A DNA stretch of 64,000 nucleotides from an uncultured Bacilli bacterium (GTDB lineage Bacteria > Bacillota_I > Bacilli_A > RF39 > UBA660), in contig CANQON010000005.1 of the NCBI GenBank assembly GCA_947625505.1, positions 819 through 64,818 on the forward strand, in the 5' to 3' direction. Both the position numbers and the translations under genes were made by a program. Shown here one piece after another: positions 57,079-64,000 of the stretch (within the stretch, counting starts at the first letter, position 1; every line of letters starts with the position of its first letter). The notes under the pieces are model-generated. The model saw nothing but the letters and a program-made list of their open reading frames with translations. It had not been told where the DNA came from and ran no database searches.

Positions 57079-57699
57079 CTATTTAGCTTCTTTATTTAAA
57101 ACATCCATGACAGGTCCATAACTTTTACGATAGCCATCAATTAATCCATATTTATTTATAGCTTCAATATGGGATTTAGTAGGATATCCTTTATGATTTT
57201 TATATCCATACATTGGATATTTTTCATCTAACTCATACATCATACGATCACGCGTTACTTTCGCCACAACACTAGCAGCAGCAATACTAATACTTTTAGC
57301 GTCCCCTTTAATAATAGATGTTGTTGGAATATCGATATCTAGTGGCATCGCATCAATTAAAACATGTTCTAGTTTTACTTCTTTATTTACTTTATCAATA
57401 GCTCTTTTCATTGCTATTTTCGTAGCTTCATAGATATTATATTCATCGATTTCTTCAGGACTACATTCACCTATCGCATAACATAAGGCATGCTTAGTAA
57501 TATAATCGTAAAAGATATTTCTTTTCTTTTCACTAAGTTTTTTAGAATCTGTAAGTTCATCTAAGACAAAGTCTTTAGGTAAAACAACACAAGCTGTTAC
57601 AACAGGTCCACATAAAGGACCTCTACCTACTTCATCAACACCACCAATAATATTTATTCCTTTTGCATATAATTCTTTTTCATATTGCCATAAATCCAT
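57079..57699 (-). CDS. rnhB: ribonuclease HII
   Basis: GVDEVGRGPLCGPV catalytic motif, SIAAASVVAKVTRD, and 206 aa. Confidence 0.92.
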   Translation of the reverse strand: MDLWQYEKELYAKGINIIGGVDEVGRGPLCGPVVTACVVLPKDFVLDELTDSKKLSEKKRNIFYDYITKHALCYAIGECSPEEIDEYNIYEATKIAMKRAIDKVNKEVKLEHVLIDAMPLDIDIPTTSIIKGDAKSISIAAASVVAKVTRDRMMYELDEKYPMYGYKNHKGYPTKSHIEAINKYGLIDGYRKSYGPVMDVLNKEAK

Positions 57700-57702
57700 A
57701 TT

Positions 57703-58419
57703 TCACCTTTTATTATGAATAATTACATAACGATCAAAATGATTTAAATCCTTTTTAATTTCAACTTCACAATCTAGATATTGATGGGCTAAAGACTTAA
57801 TTTGTTCGCCTTGTAAATATCCTATTTCAAAAAATATATAATAATTATTATTTACATAAGAAGAAACACGTTTTAGTATCTCTTCATAATAATATAATCC
57901 CTTATTGGGAGCATATAATGCTTCATGAGGTTCATTATTTTTAACGATATCCATAATCTCTTCATCATAACTAATATATGGAGGATTACTAATAATATAA
58001 TCATATTTATCATTTAAAGGTTTTAACATATCACCTTGGATAAAATTAATATTAACTTGATTATTTTTCGCATTTTCTTGAGCAACTTCTAAAGCATCAA
58101 AAGATATATCAACAGCTGTCATATTAATATTAGGCCTTTTCTTTTTTAAGGTAATAGCGATACATCCACTACCTGTACCTAAGTCTAAAACATTTACATT
58201 ATCATTAGGTAAATAGGATAAGACTATTTCAACTAGTCCTTCCGTTTCAAAACGAGGTATTAATACTCTTTTATCAACTTTAAAATTTAAATCAAAGAAG
58301 TCAACATTACCAACTATATATTGAACAGGTATTCCCTTTTCTAATAATTTTAAAGCATCATTTATATTACCTTGATAATATTTTTCTAAATATTTTTTAT
58401 CGTTAATAATATCACCTAC
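57703..58419 (-). CDS. prmC: release-factor glutamine methyltransferase PrmC, 5'-truncated reading frame without a canonical start
   Basis: The frame is open from 58419 (a TAA at 58420-58422 lies inside the upstream gene). It encodes IPVQYIVGNVDFFDLNFKVDKRVLIPRFETE, SAM motif LDLGTGSGCIAI and NPPY. The only Met is internal (58120-58122), downstream of the SAM motif. Confidence 0.7.
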   Translation of the reverse strand, partial: VGDIINDKKYLEKYYQGNINDALKLLEKGIPVQYIVGNVDFFDLNFKVDKRVLIPRFETEGLVEIVLSYLPNDNVNVLDLGTGSGCIAITLKKKRPNINMTAVDISFDALEVAQENAKNNQVNINFIQGDMLKPLNDKYDYIISNPPYISYDEEIMDIVKNNEPHEALYAPNKGLYYYEEILKRVSSYVNNNYYIFFEIGYLQGEQIKSLAHQYLDCEVEIKKDLNHFDRYVIIHNKR

Positions 58420-59452
58420 TTAAGAAAGCATCAAAGTATGCTTTATATTCTAAATAAGTATTATTAATATCACATTTAGAACCATAAGTAATATTTTCCT
58501 TAGATATATCTTTTAATAATTGACGATTATTATATAATTCAATTATTTTATTTTTCATATTTTGTTTAACAGTATCATCACCTAAAAGCTCACGATTACC
58601 AACAATACATGATTGTCCTAAAGGGCCTAAAACCTCTGGTACAATACCAACATCAGTCGCAATAACAACAACACCACTAGCCATAGCTTCAAATAAAGGT
58701 CTTGGAGTGCCTTCACTTGAAGAAGCAATTAAACATATATCAATAGAATCATAATATTCTGGCATTTCATCACTTGAACGTTGTTTAATATTTTTATCAG
58801 CATAATTAGTAGTAATGTCATATCCTTCATTATTTAATTCTTCAATAATAGGTTTAATAATCGTATTAAAGCCTTTAAAGTCTTGATACTTAATATTCCA
58901 TTTACTATTGCCTACCCAACCAATTGTTAAAGTTTTATCAAAAGTACGCTTAGGATTATCATGGAAGATAGTACCATCAAAAGCATCATATATTGTTCCA
59001 TAAGGAATAGGATAACCATATTTATCATGAAGTGTATGATAGATATTTTCTAGTCTTTTAGAACAAGTGTAATACATCTTAATATATTTTTTAAAGATAT
59101 TTTGATATTCTAAAGCGTTTTCTTCATCAACAAATAAATGATCATATATACCTGTTGATAGTTTTTGACTTATTTTCGCTACAAAAGAATTATATTCTTC
59201 TTCATTAGCAAAGTGTTTTTTAAAGTCATCACTTTCTATTTGAATAATTAATTTACGGAAGAAAACATGGATAATATCATAGTTTTCCGTATCTTTTAAA
59301 ACAAGGTATAAATCATTATTATACCTTGGTGATGCTGATACGAAAATATCTATGTCATAATATTTGCCTAGTTTCTTTTTTAAAAGACGAGCTTCAATAT
59401 CAAAAGCCCAATCAGGAACATCTACGACTAAAGCTATTTTCTTTTTATTCAT
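58412..59452 (-). CDS. glycosyltransferase (GT-B fold, GT4/GT1-like)
   Basis: C-terminal E-x7-E region (SSSEGTPRPLFEAMASGVVVIATDVG). TGA stop. Confidence 0.75.
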   Translation of the reverse strand: MNKKKIALVVDVPDWAFDIEARLLKKKLGKYYDIDIFVSASPRYNNDLYLVLKDTENYDIIHVFFRKLIIQIESDDFKKHFANEEEYNSFVAKISQKLSTGIYDHLFVDEENALEYQNIFKKYIKMYYTCSKRLENIYHTLHDKYGYPIPYGTIYDAFDGTIFHDNPKRTFDKTLTIGWVGNSKWNIKYQDFKGFNTIIKPIIEELNNEGYDITTNYADKNIKQRSSDEMPEYYDSIDICLIASSSEGTPRPLFEAMASGVVVIATDVGIVPEVLGPLGQSCIVGNRELLGDDTVKQNMKNKIIELYNNRQLLKDISKENITYGSKCDINNTYLEYKAYFDAFLSR

Positions 59453-60524
59453 ATTCTACCTCTTTTGTAAGAAGCATCTTTTCATATAGTTCAAGTGGAG
59501 GCTTAGACATACCTTCTTTAACTTCTTTAGTTAAATCCTTACGTATAAGCGCTACATACTCACATTTTTCAATGGCTTCTTCATATTTTTTATCAGCTAT
59601 TAATTTAACAATATCCGTTAGGAATTCTTGACACATTGGTACTTTTAAACCAATACTTAGTTTATAAAACCAACGCATCTCTCCTAAAACTTTTATTTTT
59701 TCTTCATGAGATAATAACTTAGAATCAATAAATTTATACATCATATAAGTTACACTTTTAGCATAAAAGAATCGATAAAAACCAATTTGATTATTATCTC
59801 TAAAGTTTTCATATATCATACGATATGCTTTATTAATCTTATTAAAATATTCATAACTACAATTGTTAGATATTGATGTAGGTAAATTTCTTTGACGATA
59901 TAAATAAATTACGTCATTGAAATAATATACCTTTGTAGATTTAATAAAACAATAAGTAGTAAAGATTGCATCTTCAGCAATAGCGCCATCAACAAATCTT
60001 AAGTTTAATTTATCTATAAAAGATTTACGAAAGATTTTATTACAAGCACTAGAGTTCATTACATAAAATGAATCATGGTAATCCGTAATACTTAATTTAA
60101 AGTTTTTATACTTTTCGGTATTAAATACAGGATTTTTCCATGGAGTACCATCTTCATCACAGTTTTGATAGTTACCAATTACGTAATCGGCACGATGTTT
60201 TTCTATCTCATTATAAAGTAATTCACATGACTTAGGTAAGTATAAATCATCTGAATCAAGGAAAGTTACATATTTACCTTTAGCTATTTCTAATCCTGCA
60301 TTACGAGCACTAGATAAGCCTCCATTTTGTTTATGAATTACTTTTATCCTTTCATCCTTTTTTTGATATTCATCACATAGTTTACCGCTATTATCTGTTG
60401 CTCCATCATCAACAAGAATAATTTCGATATCTTTTAAAGTTTGGTTGAATATACTTTCAACACATGCTCCCAAGTATGCTTCAACATTATATACGGGAAC
60501 AATCACGCTAATTTTAGGTTTCAT
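59445..60524 (-). CDS. glycosyltransferase family 2
   Basis: ISVIVPVYNVEAYLGACVESIFNQT, ILVDDGATDNS and FLDSDD motifs. Confidence 0.88.
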   Translation of the reverse strand: MKPKISVIVPVYNVEAYLGACVESIFNQTLKDIEIILVDDGATDNSGKLCDEYQKKDERIKVIHKQNGGLSSARNAGLEIAKGKYVTFLDSDDLYLPKSCELLYNEIEKHRADYVIGNYQNCDEDGTPWKNPVFNTEKYKNFKLSITDYHDSFYVMNSSACNKIFRKSFIDKLNLRFVDGAIAEDAIFTTYCFIKSTKVYYFNDVIYLYRQRNLPTSISNNCSYEYFNKINKAYRMIYENFRDNNQIGFYRFFYAKSVTYMMYKFIDSKLLSHEEKIKVLGEMRWFYKLSIGLKVPMCQEFLTDIVKLIADKKYEEAIEKCEYVALIRKDLTKEVKEGMSKPPLELYEKMLLTKEVEYE

Positions 60525-60551
60525 TTCATCATCCTTTTTTTATTGCAAGAA

Positions 60552-61604
60552 TTAACCTTTTAATTTTCTTGCTTGATCTTCGGTAATCAAAGCTTCGATA
60601 ATATCATTTAAATCCCCATCCATTACACGTTCTAATTGCATAGTTGAAAAGCCAATACGATGATCCGTTACTCTATTTTGAGGATAGTTATATGTACGAA
60701 TTTTTTCTGAACGATCACCCGTACCTATCTTATTTCTTCTTTCATTACCTAATTCTTTTTCTTGTTCTTCTAATTGCATTTGATAAAGTCTTGATTTTAA
60801 GACTTCCATTGCTTCGGCTTTATTTTGAATTTGACTACGTTGATTTTGACATGTTACAACCGTATTAGTAGGTAAGTGTGTAATACGTACGGCTGATGGA
60901 GTAGTATTTACTCCTTGTCCTCCATGTCCACTAGCACAATATACGTCAATTCTTAAGTCACTGTCTTTAATATCTATATCAATATCCTCTGCTTCAGGCA
61001 TAACAAGAACAGTTGCTGTCGATGTTTGAATACGTCCTTGTGATTCTGTTGCAGGAACTCTTTGAACGCGATGAGAGCCACTTTCATATTTAAGTTTAGA
61101 ATATACATTATCGCCTTTAATTTTGAATTCAACTTGTGAATATCCTCCTGCTGCACCTTCCTCAGCATTTAATTCTTCAACTTTCCATCCTTGGCTTTCA
61201 GCATAATAAGTATACATACGATATAAATCGCCTGCAAATATATTAGCTTCATCTCCTCCTGCTGCTCCTCTAATTTCAACAATAACATCTTTTCCATCAT
61301 TAGGATCTTTTGGTAATAATAATATTTCAAAATTAGATTCTAATTCATCTTTTTTAGCCATTAGATTAGTATATTCTTCCTTAGCTATTTCTCCTAGTTC
61401 AGGATCTTTCATCATACTTTTAGCATCCTCAATACTTGTTAAGACATTTTTATAGTTTTGATATGCTTCATATGCTTCTTTAAGTGATGATTGTTCTTTA
61501 GTAAGTTCGGCCATTTTCTTTACATCAGAAAATGTTTCGGGTTTCATTAATTCATCTTGTAATTCTAAATACCTTGCTTCTATTGCTTCTAACCTTTCAA
61601 TCAT
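60552..61604 (-). CDS. prfA: peptide chain release factor 1
   Basis: PAT tripeptide (RVPATESQGR), GGQ motif (SGHGGQGVNTT), and 350 aa. Confidence 0.94.
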   Translation of the reverse strand: MIERLEAIEARYLELQDELMKPETFSDVKKMAELTKEQSSLKEAYEAYQNYKNVLTSIEDAKSMMKDPELGEIAKEEYTNLMAKKDELESNFEILLLPKDPNDGKDVIVEIRGAAGGDEANIFAGDLYRMYTYYAESQGWKVEELNAEEGAAGGYSQVEFKIKGDNVYSKLKYESGSHRVQRVPATESQGRIQTSTATVLVMPEAEDIDIDIKDSDLRIDVYCASGHGGQGVNTTPSAVRITHLPTNTVVTCQNQRSQIQNKAEAMEVLKSRLYQMQLEEQEKELGNERRNKIGTGDRSEKIRTYNYPQNRVTDHRIGFSTMQLERVMDGDLNDIIEALITEDQARKLKG

Positions 61605-61632
61605 TTAAATCTTCCTTTCATCGCTAAGTTTG

Positions 61633-61661
61633 ATTATACTATATTTAATTTTAAAAGACAA
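61633..61661 (-). promoter_or_regulatory. prfA operon promoter
   Basis: On the minus strand, TTGTCT, 17 nt, TATAAT, about 30 nt before the AAAGGAAG RBS. Confidence 0.5.
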
Positions 61662-61750
61662 GAATAATATGTTTGCTTAAATAGCTAAACAAAGTGGGAA
61701 ATTAATCCCACATTTCAAGAATATCACTTTTATCATTAAAAGTAAAATTA

Positions 61751-61777
61751 CAAAAAAACTAGTATAAAACTAGTTTT
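61751..61777 (-). terminator. rpoE terminator
   Basis: On the minus strand, AAAACTAGT-tttat-ACTAGTTTT plus a T run, overlapping the TAG stop. A second hairpin, GTGGGA-ttaatt-TCCCAC, follows near 61689-61715. Confidence 0.7.
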
Positions 61778-62222
61778 CTTCTAATTCTTCTTCCGTTAAG
61801 ATAGCTAAATCGCCAATATCGTCATCACCATCATCTAAATCATCTTCATCAGAATCCATAGTATCGATATTTTCATCTTCTTCACTTTCTTCAGAATCTT
61901 CTTCTAAGACTTCTTCTTCAGATTCTTCATCCTCATCTTCATCTTCGTCATCTGCTACAACAACTTGTGCTTGATGTCTACTTCTTAAATCCCATTCAGC
62001 ACTTTCATCTAAGAATAAAAATCTTTTATCGGTTGTTAAAGATGTATAAAAATCACCTATTTTAGCAGCATATTCTTCATCTGTTAGTCCTAACAATGAA
62101 CTAATACGTTTGAATATATTCGCTGTATTCATTGAACCCTTTTCTTCTTTTAATATTAACTCTGTTAAATCTGTATATGATAATAATTCTAATTCATCTT
62201 TTTTCATTGTACTTAAATTCAT
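61770..62222 (-). CDS. rpoE: DNA-directed RNA polymerase delta subunit
   Basis: N-terminal HARE-HTH-like domain (LSYTDLTELILKE...FLFLDESAEWDLRSRH), then a long D/E tail. Confidence 0.85.
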   Translation of the reverse strand: MNLSTMKKDELELLSYTDLTELILKEEKGSMNTANIFKRISSLLGLTDEEYAAKIGDFYTSLTTDKRFLFLDESAEWDLRSRHQAQVVVADDEDEDEDEESEEEVLEEDSEESEEDENIDTMDSDEDDLDDGDDDIGDLAILTEEELEEN

Positions 62223-62244
62223 CTAAATCCCTCCAAATATAAGT

Positions 62245-63951
62245 CTACATTGCCTTAGGTGTATCAATTACTAATAATGATAACATTTCTTTAATAATTA
62301 TACTTGTAATATTTAAAATATTAACCCAATCGTTTTTCTTAACTAAATCTTCTTCATTATTTATATGATTGTTTTGATAAAATGCATTAGTTAAAACGCA
62401 TAAATCATACAGATATTCAGCAATAAAACTTGGCATACGACTGTTAAAAGCACTTTCAAATGCTTGAGGTAAATCTAAGATTTTTAATCTTAAATCACGA
62501 TCGTATTCATTATATATATTATTACTTAAATTGTCAAAATTAATACTAGATAAATTATCAATAATTTTTCTTATACGTAGATATGTATATAAAATATAAG
62601 GACCTGTCTTACCAATTACTTCAGAAAATTTACTAATATCGAAGATATAATCACGTTCACGATTATTTTGTAAATCAGCAAATTTTAGAATAGAGTTAAC
62701 AATCTTATCAATATCACTAGTTGTAATATTAGAACTCATTTCTTTTTTATCTAATAAGATTTCTTTAGCTTGATCAAATAAGTTTTGAAGTTTAGGTGCT
62801 TCACCACTACGTGTTTTATAAGGCTTGCCATCTTCACCATTAACAGTACCATATCCTAAGTATTCTAACTTATTATATGCGATAATATCAGCCTTATCAC
62901 AAGTACGAAATACTTGTTCAAAATGTAATGATTGACGATTATCAACAACATATAATATATGATCTGGATTAAAGTCTTTAACTCTTTCAACAATAGTAGC
63001 TAAATCAGTTGATGCATATAAATAAGCTCCATTACTTTTTTGAAATAATAAAGGAGGAAGTTCTTTTTTATCATCATCGTGACTTACATCTACGACTAAA
63101 GCGCCTTCACTTTCTTGAAGTAAATGATGACTATCTAAAATATTTTTTGTTTCTTCTAAATATGGATAAGCATCAGATTCTCCATACCAATAATCAAAGT
63201 GAACATCTAAATAATCATATATCTTACGCATATCTTCACATGATACTTCTAAGATTTTTTTCCATAATGCTTGATACTCTTCATTTCCATCTTGAAGTTC
63301 TTTCGTTATTGTTGCACATTTTTCTTTAATATCCGCATCTTCTTTACATATTGCACTCATTTTAGGATATATATAATCTAAGAAGTTAATATCAATATCT
63401 GATAAAGATTTACCTTCTTCTTTAATACCATATATAACTTGTCCTATCTGTAAACCATAATCACCTAAATGAATATCACTAATAACTTTATGTCCTTTAT
63501 ATTTAATAATTCTTTTGATAGATTCCCCTACTATAGCTGTACGCATATGTCCCACATGTAAAGGTTTCGCTACATTAGGTCCTCCATAATCCATAACATA
63601 AGTTTCAACTAAATTAGTCTTTTTAATACCTAACTTTTCATCATGCATAATATCTTTAATATTATTATTGATAAATGTATCACTTAATGTCATATTAATA
63701 AATCCTGGTTTAACGAATTCAACTTTTTTAAAGTAAGCATCAAAGTCATCAATTTTTAATAACTCATCAGTAATACTTGTACCTATTTCCATAGGATTTT
63801 TATGATATGTTTTAGCTAGCTTAAAAACATCATCACATTGATAATCACATAAATCAGGACGATTAGATTTAATAACACGCATATTTGGTGTATCAAATCC
63901 AAGTTTTTTTACTATGGATGTAATAAGACTTTCTAACTTTTCAATCATCAT
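62245..63951 (-). CDS. argS: arginine--tRNA ligase
   Basis: Class I HIGH-type motif (PLHVGHMRTAIVGE), C-terminal anticodon-binding DALR domain, and 568 aa. Confidence 0.92.
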   Translation of the reverse strand: MMIEKLESLITSIVKKLGFDTPNMRVIKSNRPDLCDYQCDDVFKLAKTYHKNPMEIGTSITDELLKIDDFDAYFKKVEFVKPGFINMTLSDTFINNNIKDIMHDEKLGIKKTNLVETYVMDYGGPNVAKPLHVGHMRTAIVGESIKRIIKYKGHKVISDIHLGDYGLQIGQVIYGIKEEGKSLSDIDINFLDYIYPKMSAICKEDADIKEKCATITKELQDGNEEYQALWKKILEVSCEDMRKIYDYLDVHFDYWYGESDAYPYLEETKNILDSHHLLQESEGALVVDVSHDDDKKELPPLLFQKSNGAYLYASTDLATIVERVKDFNPDHILYVVDNRQSLHFEQVFRTCDKADIIAYNKLEYLGYGTVNGEDGKPYKTRSGEAPKLQNLFDQAKEILLDKKEMSSNITTSDIDKIVNSILKFADLQNNRERDYIFDISKFSEVIGKTGPYILYTYLRIRKIIDNLSSINFDNLSNNIYNEYDRDLRLKILDLPQAFESAFNSRMPSFIAEYLYDLCVLTNAFYQNNHINNEEDLVKKNDWVNILNITSIIIKEMLSLLVIDTPKAM

Positions 63952-64000
63952 ATCACTCCTCTATATTAATACTATACTCACGTAATTCATCATTTAATTC

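Noticed and set aside
63952-64000. There might be a T-box or other leader upstream of argS.
   Set aside because: Only 49 nt are available before the window ends, which is not enough to recognise any leader element.

Overview
Very AT-rich bacterial chromosome segment using the standard genetic code, since TGA, TAA and TAG all end conserved-length genes. An RNA polymerase delta subunit, a T-box leader and strong GGAGG/AGGTGA ribosome-binding sites point to a low-GC Bacillota lineage, possibly Erysipelotrichia- or Mollicutes-like. The exact taxon cannot be named from the sequence alone.

About 85-90% of the coding sequence is on the minus strand, consistent with one replichore. Most of it is housekeeping:
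- Translation: alaS, cysS, pheST with a Phe T-box, argS, prfA, prmC, frr and two tRNAs.
- Replication and repair: priA, rarA, mutL, rnhB, xerC and xerD.
- Metabolism and transcription: ppdK, tdk, cmk, sufCDS and rpoE.

Many first codons in the ORF track are GTG or TTG triplets lying inside Shine-Dalgarno sequences. I moved those starts to the downstream ATG or GTG that has proper spacing.

The most unusual region is 33.0-39.3 kb, an accessory patch downstream of ppdK:
- A roughly 1.15-kb single-gene Abi_2 (AbiD/AbiF-like, HEPN RNase) cassette is bounded by 66-bp direct repeats that duplicate the ppdK stop region and terminator.
- The abi ORF is flanked by two copies of a 38-nt bulged hairpin motif whose stem differences are compensatory. 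This is a candidate cognate structured RNA.
- Next to it lie a decayed malQ stub, a NERD-HRDC protein and two Pol-beta-fold nucleotidyltransferase-like proteins.

Other oddities:
- prfA and prmC are separated by two inserted glycosyltransferase genes, leaving prmC without its 5' end or a canonical start codon.
- A zinc-ribbon membrane gene is interrupted by one in-frame TAA.
- Two unrelated surface-protein genes share a near-identical promoter and leader.
- A membrane protein is built of 24-nt and 27-nt in-frame tandem repeats.
- A ClpX-like ATPase carries a non-canonical N-terminal domain.
- A YugP-like peptidase has lost its HExxH motif.
- The AlaRS lacks the C-Ala domain.

No CRISPR array, IS element, rRNA or prophage was seen.
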